DNA from: Azolla caroliniana
Lineage: Eukaryota > Plantae > Polypodiophyta
Reading direction: 5' to 3'
Length of the DNA: 64,000 nt
Assembly: GCA_043228905.1 (NCBI GenBank)
Contig: JBHGNT010000011.1
Coordinates: 12,834,001-12,898,000 of the forward strand
How positions within the stretch are numbered: the first letter of the stretch is position 1; each line of letters opens with the position of its first letter. Shown piece after piece: positions 43,570-53,732 of this stretch. A model generated the notes under the pieces. That model was not told where the DNA came from, made no database searches, and was given only the letters and a program-made list of their open reading frames with translations. The position numbers were made by a program, and so were the translations under genes.

Positions 43570-43770
43570 CATATGCAAAACGGCCATGAGATAAGCGTGT
43601 GCGATTAGAGCAAACACGCTCGACCCAATGCACAAGAATAATTATTATCGTAAGAGTTCAAGAGAGGAGAGAGTGGGATATATATCGCAATATGCAAAAG
43701 GCCATGAGTTGAGCGTGTGCGATTAGTGCAAACACGCTCGGCCCGATGCATAATAATAAGTAAAATCGTA
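43570..43770. repeat. Duplicated hairpin-containing unit (period ~119 bp) in the E5 leader
   Basis: ATATGCAAAA.GGCCATGAG...AGCGTGTGCGATTAG.GCAAACACGCTCG occurs twice. Confidence 0.75.
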
Positions 43771-43983
43771 GCGTAGTAGGAGGTAGAAAGAAAGAGAATA
43801 AAACGTAATACCAATTTGCTTCGACCATAAAGAACGCATAATAGAAAAAGAGAAGAGATCAAAAAAGAAGAATACCGGGTTTAGAGTGTTGTTTTGATCC
43901 TGATAAGAGCATGACGAGCCTTGTTAGATCCCCCTCGCTCACACGCAAAAAACATCAAAACAACAAAAAAATTGTTAGTAAAA

Positions 43984-43995
43984 GCTCTGATACCA
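43984..43995 (-). promoter_or_regulatory. E5 primer binding site, initiator tRNA-Met
   Basis: TGGTATCAGAGC, 1 nt after the 5' LTR. Confidence 0.95.
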
Positions 43996-43996
43996 C

Positions 43997-44470
43997 TGTT
44001 AAGAGTCTATTACTAATCAATAGACCAAATCAAGTAAAAAGGAAGAAAATAGATTGGATAGAAGAACCCGTTCCACCCGACCACCCCCGAGCTATGATCT
44101 AGACATAGCCAACCTACCACCGACGTCCCATACCGCCGGATATTAGGATGACTAATACCTTGGAAGAGATAAACACGATCGTCGAGACGAAAGCCTAGCC
44201 CGCACCACCGGTGTCTACGACAGCAGCCTTCCGACGTGATGATCCCTATGAGGGTAGCTAAGCCTCATATTTATACCTTTTCCTAGGCCCCTTGAATAGA
44301 TGTGCCTTTCTAAAAGGCTCTCTATTCATTGGTTGTCTAAATCATGATAGTGCATGCACATATCATTCATTCTATCCAATCATTAGTCCCCTTTTTAATA
44401 ATAGTGAACATACCCTTCACTAATGTAAATATTAGTGACCTACCCTCACCAACGTTATGTGTACATAACA
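43997..44470 (-). repeat. E5 5' LTR
   Basis: Repeat of 31419-31892. Confidence 0.97.
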
Positions 44471-44945
44471 CTATGCTCCCTTGAAACAAAAATTTTCTCA
44501 AGGTTTGTTGATTTGAAGGTTAAGCTTCTTGGTCTTGTGGACGATCCGGAAATCCACTTATTATCGGTGGTCTTTATTGCCCTATCCTCATGGGTGATGG
44601 TAGTATGTTCGTTCTTAGTACAATCAGGCTCCTGTATGTGGGTTGTGGCAGTATTCATGGTCAACTCCTCCTGGATGGTGGTTGTCACCTCATTGTTAAG
44701 ACCATTGTGCTCCCCTTCTTGTGTGGTATTTATTGCCTTGTCCTCATGGGTGATGCTAGTATGTTTGTTCTTAGTACAATCAGGCTCCTGTATGTGGGTT
44801 GTGGCAGTATTCATGGTCAACTCCTCCTGGATGGTGGTTGTCACCTCATTCTTAAGACCATTGTGCTCCCCTTCTTGTGTGGTATTTATTGCCTTGTCCT
44901 CATGGGTGATGCTAGTATGCTCGTTCTTAGTACAATATGGCTCCT
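44471..44945 (-). repeat. 126-bp (42-aa) tandem repeat, right part
   Basis: Three further copies at 44566-44945; an unrelated ~80-bp insert lies at about 44484-44565. Confidence 0.85.
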
Positions 44946-46097
44946 CTTCAGTACTAGCGATATTCCTCCTCTCAAATATGAATGCTTCCTTCTTTTCACA
45001 ATCCTCATGTGTGGAAGATGTGCTTCCAGAGTCTACCTCTGTGCAAAGGATAGTCCCAGAATCTAACTCTTCACTTGTGCTCCATATAGTTCCCGATTCA
45101 TTTGATTGTAGTTGGGAATCTAACTGCTCTTGTAAACCTAAATAATGGGATCCCAGAGAATAATAGTATCAACTCACATACTCAAAAGTTTGCAAACATA
45201 CCAGTAACTATAAACATAGGAGGTTAATAAACACATTTTTACCTATTGTTACATCGTCATACTGTACAACTGTAGACAACCCATTGCGAGTGGTAGGGTC
45301 AGTCATCTTCTCCACAGCATCCAAGTGTTCATCAGATTTAGGGATGGTAACAATCGTAGGTTGGGGCTCATTGTCAATAGAAGCTTTCATCATAGTATCT
45401 ATAAAATGCACCAAAAGCACCACTATAATAGGGTTGTTATGATATAAATCATTGTTTTCTTAGAGGGCTTTTGATGTGTACCTAGGAGTGTGATAAATGT
45501 GTCTTCATGATCAGGCTTTGGACTCGTATCTCCCTCTCCTAAGATCATTTCGTCATCAGCTAGTAACACAAGTACATGGTATTAGTCAATGCATTAGGTT
45601 GACAACTCTCTAGACAGGTGAGAACATATATGACTCACCATTGCATTCAACTCTACCTTTCTTGCCCTTTCCATACAACTTCCTTGTAGCATTCTTCTTC
45701 TTAGTGGGCTCTTTTTTAAAGACATCAGGAATTCAGCATACACACAAATGAGAAATAAGATGTGAAAACACAATTTGTGTTACCTGGATTGTTGTGATGT
45801 TTCCAATGGCCCTTCTCATACATTCATCTTCATCATAAACTCATAGGTTACTGGTAATGAAGGTCCCTGAACCTTGGAATGTGTCGCAAATACCGAGGGT
45901 TTAGGCATAGGAGCTAGTTGTTCCATTACCTTCCCTAGCGTGGAGTTTCTTGACACTACACCATTCATTACAAGAAACAAAAAAACCTTCAATGTAGTAC
46001 CTTGATATAAAACATACAATGTAGGTCACATCTTCAGTCTATTTGAGCCTAATTGATGTAGCCACCACCAAGAGCTACAGTACTAAATCATCAGGCT

Positions 46098-46470
46098 ACA
46101 CCTAATTCCCATGTTACACAACTAGTACTAATCGTGAACAATGTACTACAATTATAGTGTGTACTACACTAGTAGTGGGCAAGTTGTAATATAGATTGGA
46201 CTAACATCTAATCCAACAAATACATCTAAAAAGCTTCCTATTTTAGTACTAAAGTGGTATTTTGCACACAAGTAATACTAATCGTGATATGCGTTCTACA
46301 CACCTAATTCCCAAATTACACAAACAGTACTAATCTTCAGCAATTTACTACACACCTTGTTCCCAAATTACATAACTAGTACTAATCGTGAACAATGTAC
46401 TACACAGCTAATTCCCAAATTCCACAAATAGTACTAATAGTGAACATTGTACTACAAGTATAGTGTGTAC
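46098..46470. repeat. Short diverged repeats (~50-55 bp, about 4 copies)
   Basis: CAC.TAATTCCCAAATTACACAA.TAGTACTAATCGTGAACAATGTACTAC recurs. Confidence 0.7.
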
Positions 46471-46539
46471 TACTCCAGTTCCAAACCAAATGTAAATTGA
46501 CATTATATACTACAAACAATAGAATAGTAGAGCCACATA

Positions 46540-46739
46540 CCGTACGGGTGTACTTTTAAACCCCAAGCATTGTACCATTCAGCAGCAATTGTACTTTTAC
46601 AGTCCATACACGTATTTTCTTTCTCAAAATGGTACTTAGCACAGAGCACATGATATGTGTGCACGCACGGTGTAATCATAACATCCATAGCCTCAAGCTT
46701 GAATCCGAGGCCACAAAATATACACCTAGTAGTTTGCAA
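46540..46739 (-). pseudogene. RING-H2-like zinc finger exon of a decayed multi-exon gene
   Basis: CIFC-x15-C.HTYHVLC-x10-CMDC spacing; flanked by other minus-strand exon-like pieces (44950-47840). Confidence 0.55.
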
Positions 46740-48261
46740 ACACCAGTAATAATATATTAGTTAATATGATATTTATACCACAGAAGTAAAAATAAATAAC
46801 TTATAAAGCCAATACCGTGATATAGCTATACTTGTAATGGTACTTTCCATACCACTTGGGTGCTTAATTATAGATGGACACAAAGTTTCAAAACCTTTCT
46901 ATTTTAAATCCTGCATCAAGCACGCAAGGTTCTCAGAATGCAGCTTTAAAGCTGACAACTTATTATCTAGTTTGCAATGTGCATTTCTGCAAGTATCAAG
47001 GTCTCTCCTCTGTGATCCTAATTGAGTGGCCATATTGTTTAGCTCTTTCTTCCACACCTCACTTTATGAATTTTGGATTGTCGATACAGTCCATTCATAT
47101 GTAGTCTTTATTGAAGAAAATTGCTTTTCTACCTGTATCTCAGCTGATTTGACTGCTTCCAAATTAGCAAGCAGTGCTAGTATTCGTGAGCTCATGGAAG
47201 CTATGCAACTGGCCATCATGTGTTCATGTTTTTCAATCATTGTGGTTCTTACTTTTGCAGATTGAACTTGGTGGACAGGTGTCTTAGCCGGAATATCCAC
47301 ATCAGAGGTTCCCGATGACTTTAAGCAGTGTTGGTAGTGGAGGATCCTCTATAATGTTCTTATTTGTGACAATTAAAATCTTCCCAATCTACGTTGATGT
47401 CACCCTAAACTTCACATGCAAATGCATGTGCAAAAACAGTACCCACCTCATTGTTGCAGATTTGATTAGTATCATAAACATGTTCATATCTTGTCTTCAA
47501 TAAGTTCACATATTTCTTCTTCAACCCAGTTATGTGGAATCATCGCCTTGTATCGGGATGTGGTGACCCCCAAGTTTTTATCAACCAGTCTCTCAACTCT
47601 TCATAAACTTCAGGTCCTACTCGAAGGAAATAACGTCATCCGAGAGGTGTGCCTCGAATGATGGAGTGGCACATCTTCTTCCCTTGAGTTGATGAGTTCA
47701 TCACCCTTTCTCTCGTGGGTGTTTTCTTGCTTTCTTTGATAAGCGTCCTTTTTCTTTCCTTCACTGGTATCTTCACTTTCTCTTTCATCAATATCTTCTT
47801 TATGGGTGTCCTTCTTGTCATTGTCTTAGTCTTCACTATTCTTATTGAAATAATATGCGTGCAAAAGAAGAAAACTCACCAAAATACATCAACAACCAGC
47901 AAATCATCATAGCCAATTCAATCTAAGTTGCATGTACAAGCCTCTTCTTGGACAAAGGACAAAAACTCATCCATGTCAAACACACAAAATCAAAACAGTC
48001 GGACATGAAACATAGAGAATACAAAAACATAGCAGTTGGACATGCAGCACAGAGAATATGAAAAATCAAATCCTAAACTGTAAATGCAACACGGAGAATA
48101 CCTGGAGGTCGTACAAGTTGCAGATGGAACGATGCAAGCCAAGGTCGAGGCAAAGGTATCACACCGTGTTAATGTATTCACCTTGGGAGCACACCAAGCC
48201 AAGGAAATCACCTATATGCAAGAGGTCGTTGACGAGGTCGCGCAGAGGAGACAAACGAGCA

Positions 48262-48545
48262 CACACAGAGTTCAGAGAACGTAGGGAAATAGCAAGAACA
48301 ACGAGCATAGAGCGGAAACAACAATCTCTGCATATATAGAGTTCAGAGAACGTAGGGAAACATCAAGAACAACGAGCATAGAGTGGAAACAACAATCTCT
48401 GCATATACAGAGTTCAAAGAACGTAGGGAAACAGCAAGAACAACGAGCACAGAAGGGGAAACAACAATCTCTGTGTATACAGAGTTCAGAGATCGTAGGA
48501 AACAGCAAGAACAACGAGCACAGAGGGAACACAGTAAGAACAACG
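48262..48545. repeat. Tandem repeat, about 4 copies of ~70 bp
   Basis: GAGTTCAGAGAACGTAGGGAAACAGCAAGAACAACGAGCA.AGAG.GGAAACAACAATCTCTG repeated. Confidence 0.88.
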
Positions 48546-48982
48546 CGGGGAAACAGAGAATCAAAGGTGGAGTGAGAGAGAGAAAGAGAGAAAGAGAGAG
48601 ATAGGTAATATGTGCAATTGATAGAAACTTTCTGTCACTGTCCGACTGACAACTTTGAGACAGAAGAGAGAGAGAGAGAGAGAGACCAACCAACTAACAC
48701 GTTCGAGATCTTCTCCAGGTTTGCTTTCATACAACTCTACCTAGGAGAATGAAGTTATAGTTAATGTATTAAATACCGCCTTGGGGCACTTCGATTGTGA
48801 CCTATAATATCCTTGTACATTCGTATTTAATTTGTTATTTGAATTCGAACCTCATTCAATGGATGATGATCCATTATTTTTTGCAATAATTGTTTTATTT
48901 TCAATTTTTTATGTTTATTTTCTTCCTCGATTTAGTACTAAATTTTTGGCCAAAAGTTGGTACACTGTCGCATGGTTCCTTG

Positions 48983-49865
48983 GACATTGTCACTAATGCA
49001 CTAAGTCACATCCATGAAGTTAACATGCTTAGCTTCACTGAAATAACATCAGATCTTTATGATCACCTTCGAGGAAAGTATCTTGATGACAATTATTTTG
49101 CGAAATATTGGGCAAGAGCTGAGTCTGGAACAGACACCACCACATCCTCGAAGGAATCCTTCCACATTGCTAACGGTCTGCTCTACTGTAATGGGAAAGT
49201 TTGTGTTCCCTATTTGCCTGAGGTCAAAAAGAGAATTCTTTTTGAATGCCATGATGCACCCTCAGCAGGGCACCCTAGAATACATCGTACACTCGTTCTT
49301 ATCTCCACCCAATTCTATTCGCCTAAGATGCAACCTGACATACATAGCTATGTGACTAAATGTCACCAGTGCCAGGTTAACAAAGCCAAGCAACTTAAAG
49401 TCGTTGGACTTTTACATCCCTTGGACATTCCCAATGATAAGTGGGAAACTATATCCATGGATTTTATCGTTAGCCTTCCTCGCACCCAAAAATGCCATGA
49501 TGCCATCTAGGTTGTGGTTGATCGACTAACTAAAATGGCTAGATTTATTGTTACTAAAACCACGGTAACATCTCCTGAATTGGCTTACCAATTCGTTGAC
49601 AAGTTATTTCGTTTTTATGGGTTACCGATGGATGTCGTGAGTGATCGAGATCCAAAGTTTACTAGCGACTTTTGGATGCAAGTCTTTAAAAAGTTAGAAA
49701 CTATATTGAGCATGAGCTCCACAGATCATTCTCAATGCGATGGACAGATAGAACAAGTCAATCAAATTATTGAGGACATGCTCCGTGCATATGTTGGTAC
49801 AAAACCAACTAAATGGGAACGTTATCTCCCAATTTTGGACTTTGCTTATAACAGTGCCAAACATA
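48983..49865 (+). pseudogene. Integrase fragment of an E5-related chromovirus
   Basis: [10 protein letters not shown]...[10 protein letters not shown]...[13 protein letters not shown]...VSDRDPKF...FAYNSAKH is closely similar to E5, with a stop at 49508-49510. No LTRs seen. Confidence 0.9.
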
Positions 49866-49959
49866 ACTCTTACAAAATCGCTACTCACTTTCACACGTAT
49901 CATGTGAAATGTAATAATTCTTGGTCTCATAGGTCATTTTGACCTCCAAAGATGATCAC

Positions 49960-49996
<37 letters not shown>

Positions 49997-50581
49997 GAGA
50001 AAAAGACATGGACTAGCAATAAGCGATTACTTCTTTTGCATCATTTAAACAAATTATGTCTAATTGCACGTCAAGTTTGGGGCTACATTTCTCAAATTTG
50101 GCAAATTTTATGACAGAGTTATTTGATGCCAAGACAATGAGTGTTGCACAATTTGCATAGCTCGACCCAAACTTAGAGATGGAGATTGTTTTCCTCCTTT
50201 ATGAGATATTGGCATATGCACAATCCATGTATATTTGATTGTACGCATAGAGTTAGAGCATATCTCCAAAAGTTGGAGTTTTGATCTGGTAGTTTCGTTT
50301 TATTTGAGCAAGCCGGAATTCTTTTCTTAGTGGAGTGTTCATCTTGCTTATAGTCTATTCAACATGTCCCACTACCCATGTAGTGGTGACAATTGTTTAG
50401 AGACTATGAGGCCATGACCCGATACATTCACAAAAAAAATGATGGTGCATAGTGTACTTGAAAAAAGGATGTGTGAAAATCGATGTTTTAACCCAAGACC
50501 TTATGGTGATAAGGAGTCCTAATAGTTTATCACTAAGCTATGTCAAGAAAAAGATATGGAACAAAGAAAGAGATATGCAGT

Positions 50582-50706
50582 GGAAGAATAGGCGAACATA
50601 TAAACATTTAAACGAAATTCCCTTTTATGCTACTACATTTGAAATGGAAGAATAGGCGAACATATAATCATTTAAACGAAATTCCCTTTTATGCTACTAC
50701 ATTTGA
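50582..50706. repeat. Direct tandem duplication of ~63 bp
   Basis: GGAAGAATAGGCGAACATATAA.CATTTAAACGAAATTCCC.TTTTATGCTACTACATTTGA occurs twice. Confidence 0.9.
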
Positions 50707-50756
50707 GGAAGCCACCAAGAGGGGGTCACCAGCAAGGACTGAATATGATCAAATCA

Positions 50757-50787
<31 letters not shown>

Positions 50788-50897
50788 GGATTGATATATA
50801 TTGATACACATGTAGATAATGATACACGTGTGGTGTTATTGGGAGGTGGGTGTGGACATAGTTAGATGGTGTTAGTTATAGTTAGTTAGGATCTTGT

Positions 50898-53732
50898 CTA
50901 GTCCATACGAGTGTGAACACGATTGAGGAGGAGGCTATCGTAGGCACCGGAGCCCGGCGACGAGGAGAATAGCGATAAAGATCCGGTGGTATCCGTGCCT
51001 CCTCCTCCATGGCAGCTAAACAAAGATTGGCTTGTGGGGGTGGTCATGGTTGTGACCTCATCCGGATTGATGATTTCTTGTTCGAACGCGACCCGGAGCT
51101 CGTCGGTCTCCAATTCGCTAGGCAACAATGGCTCTCCGAGCATCCCGGGCAGGGGCGGGACTCCCGTCTCTAATGTCCCCTCCAACATCTGGATCACTCG
51201 GCTCATCGAAGGCCTCGCGACCGGTTGCAGTTGCATGCACCAATAAGCGACTTTCATGGCACGGTCGAATTCCTCGGGATCCACGGCTTCGCCTTTGGCC
51301 GCAAGCCTAGGGTCGAGGATGCCGTCCATGGGATGCGGGCGGCCGGGGGTCCCGAAGTAGTGGTGGTACGCCCACTCCCAGAAGCTACTCCGCCGGCGTC
51401 CCGAGGACGAGCACGAGGATGTCACGCTTTCGGGGCCGGCGGATTCGAAGCCTTTCTTGCCGCTTATCGTCTCGAGCACGACCATGCCGAAGCTGAAGAC
51501 GTCGGACTTGACGGTGATGGGGAGGTTGGAGCGCCACTCGGGGGCGAGGTAGCCGCGCGTGCCGCGCACGACCGTGGTCACTCCGCCGCCGGCCGCTGCG
51601 CGGTTCTTCTGGTGGGAGAGGAGCTTGGCAAGACCGAAATCGGAGACCTTGGCGGTGAAGCACTCGTCGAGGAGGATATTCTCCGGCTTGATGTCGCAGT
51701 GAATTATACAGTCCCTGCACTCCTGGTGAAGGTATGTGATGCCACGGGCAGCTCCCACCAGGATCTGGAAACGTGTGCTCCAATCCAGATGACCTGCTCC
51801 TTCCTCCTCCTGCTCTATGGAGCTGCCGAACAGATACCTATCCAGCGATCTGTTCTTCATATACTCGTAGATGATGAGCCTGTGCTTTCCCTCCGCACAG
51901 AAGCCACATAGCCTCACCAGATTCAAGTGATGTGTGCTCCCAATTATGGCTACCTCCATCCGGAACTGCCGCTCGCCTTGCTCGTAGCCCTCGAGCTGCT
52001 TCACGGCCACCTCGGTCGTTCCCCCGCCCACCGTAGCCAGCCGGCCCTTGTACACGACCCCGAAACCCCCCTCCCCGATCTTCTCCGTGAACTGCTTCGT
52101 GGCTCTCCGAAGCTCCCTGTAGGTGAGCTGCACCGGCGCGCCCGATGCGTACTCGAGGAGCGCGTATTGGGACTTGAATGCGCTGCCGCCGTGCCAGAAT
52201 CTCGGGTTCCTCCTCTGGCATATCCACACGATCGCGGCTTCGAGGATCAACACCCCGGCGAGAGTGGCTATCACCGCCACGATGACCCCGACCATCACGG
52301 ATTTTTGTGTGGAAGAAGAAGGGCCGCGAGACGGAGCGGCCCCGCTGCCTCCTCCTGCCACCACTTCTCCGCAGAATTTGAGATATGTGGTGGCTGTGAT
52401 GGAGAGCTCCTGGTAGCCACTGAAATTGCGCTGGTTGTCGTTGAGAGACAGGCACATGCCGGAGCCGTCATTGAGTGCGGTCGCGGCAGTGCACAGCGCA
52501 TTGTTGAGGCAATTGTACCGGCATGTTTTCTTGTCGTAGCGCAGCCTTCGGGCGGTTGGTAAGAAGAGCTGTGTGTGGTTGAGCTGAACCATGTTGACCG
52601 TGCCACTGCTACAGTTGCCGCCATTGTTGTCGGAAGGCACAGAGCAACCCAGCCGCGGCTCCGACGGATCGATAAAGCTGAAGCCCGCGGCCGCAGCGCA
52701 CCCGCAAACTATACCGGTAGTGTTATACGAGCAAATCCCATTGGGGCCACAAAACCCAGGCACAAGGCACTGATCCGGGACAGCTTCCCATCCCACGGTC
52801 CAGCTCGTAGCCTCCCCCGCCGAGTCCCCGATCAGCCAGCTGTAGATGCGGAGGTTCCCGTCCTCGCCCAATGTAACCCTCCTTATGATCTGTTGGTTAT
52901 TCGTGTCCAATCCCGTGTAATCATTCGGGTACCACACCCCCGGCAAATTGGCCCCATCCTCGGTGTACACCGCTAGCGCAATGTTACCTCCGTCTAACCT
53001 CAGCGACAAGTAGGAGCCATTCCCACTCGCCGTGCCGCTCGACCAGAAAGTCTCGTTGTCGGTGGCATAGGTCAAGGTCAGGTTCCCGGACTCTTCCATG
53101 GTGGCAAGGTATTCCGATCCCCCGCCGCCCCCCGCACCCACGGAGAGTGACATACCAGCCCTCAGAGTCTGGTTCTGTAGAAGCGTGTCGGTCGGCCGGT
53201 CGAAGGTCTGCCATACCACCTTTCCATCCGTGTCTTGGAGCACGAAGTTCCCGTCATCCCGCATCGCGGCGCTCGCGACCCGGAGCCCGGCTGTGCCGCT
53301 GCTCCAAATCAAGGTGTCAGAAGCCGATGATCCATTGGTGAGGATGAGGTTCCCGTCCGAGGAGAGGCTGAACGAGGCCGAAGGTCCTACGGATTTGGGT
53401 GGCAATATGGCAGACCATGCGGCCGTGGTGGGCATGCCAGACGTGTGGAAGAGCACACCGACCGAGTATCGGTCGGCAGCGGTACCTACCGTGGTGGTGT
53501 CCCCCCCGCCAGGATTGGTATAGAAGCCGAACCGGAAGCTGCCACCAGGCGAGATCCAAGCCATGGAGCTATTGCTCGCAGGGGAGAGGATCGAACCAAG
53601 CGGGATCGTACCACTACCCAAGCTTAGCGCGAGGCGAGACAACGCGAGGAGACCGGAGCAGAATAAGGTTAGAAGAAGGGTTGCCGGGGAGGCGTAGGAG
53701 CCGAACCATGGGGATAGTGTGGCGGTCAGCAT
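50898..53732 (-). CDS. G-type (bulb) lectin S-domain receptor-like Ser/Thr kinase, SD2 group, At1g34300-like; intronless
   Basis: 944 aa: signal peptide, B-lectin (DGNLIL...DDGNFVL...VVWQTFDRPTDTLL), S-glycoprotein (DGNLRIYSW), EGF-like and PAN cysteines, TM helix, LLEYASGAPVQLTY motif, GEGGFG, VAVK, HCDIKPEN (non-RD), DFG and GTRGYLAPEW. Confidence 0.96.
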   Translation of the reverse strand: MLTATLSPWFGSYASPATLLLTLFCSGLLALSRLALSLGSGTIPLGSILSPASNSSMAWISPGGSFRFGFYTNPGGGDTTTVGTAADRYSVGVLFHTSGMPTTAAWSAILPPKSVGPSASFSLSSDGNLILTNGSSASDTLIWSSGTAGLRVASAAMRDDGNFVLQDTDGKVVWQTFDRPTDTLLQNQTLRAGMSLSVGAGGGGGSEYLATMEESGNLTLTYATDNETFWSSGTASGNGSYLSLRLDGGNIALAVYTEDGANLPGVWYPNDYTGLDTNNQQIIRRVTLGEDGNLRIYSWLIGDSAGEATSWTVGWEAVPDQCLVPGFCGPNGICSYNTTGIVCGCAAAAGFSFIDPSEPRLGCSVPSDNNGGNCSSGTVNMVQLNHTQLFLPTARRLRYDKKTCRYNCLNNALCTAATALNDGSGMCLSLNDNQRNFSGYQELSITATTYLKFCGEVVAGGGSGAAPSRGPSSSTQKSVMVGVIVAVIATLAGVLILEAAIVWICQRRNPRFWHGGSAFKSQYALLEYASGAPVQLTYRELRRATKQFTEKIGEGGFGVVYKGRLATVGGGTTEVAVKQLEGYEQGERQFRMEVAIIGSTHHLNLVRLCGFCAEGKHRLIIYEYMKNRSLDRYLFGSSIEQEEEGAGHLDWSTRFQILVGAARGITYLHQECRDCIIHCDIKPENILLDECFTAKVSDFGLAKLLSHQKNRAAAGGGVTTVVRGTRGYLAPEWRSNLPITVKSDVFSFGMVVLETISGKKGFESAGPESVTSSCSSSGRRRSSFWEWAYHHYFGTPGRPHPMDGILDPRLAAKGEAVDPEEFDRAMKVAYWCMQLQPVARPSMSRVIQMLEGTLETGVPPLPGMLGEPLLPSELETDELRVAFEQEIINPDEVTTMTTPTSQSLFSCHGGGGTDTTGSLSLFSSSPGSGAYDSLLLNRVHTRMD

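Larger units (their letters stand above)
31419..44470 (-). mobile_element. E5: Ty3/gypsy chromovirus, tRNA-iMet primed, single gag-pol ORF, interrupted by E6
   Basis: 474-bp LTRs at 31419-31892 and 43997-44470 (2 mismatches seen). TSD CTATG (31414-31418 and 44471-44475). PBS TGGTATCAGAGC at 43984-43995. PPT GAAGTAGGGGAG at 31895-31906. Confidence 0.97.

Noticed and set aside
44435-45145. Hydrophobic 236-aa plus-strand ORF as a membrane protein
   Set aside because: It is the antisense shadow of the minus-strand T/E/H-rich 126-bp repeat.
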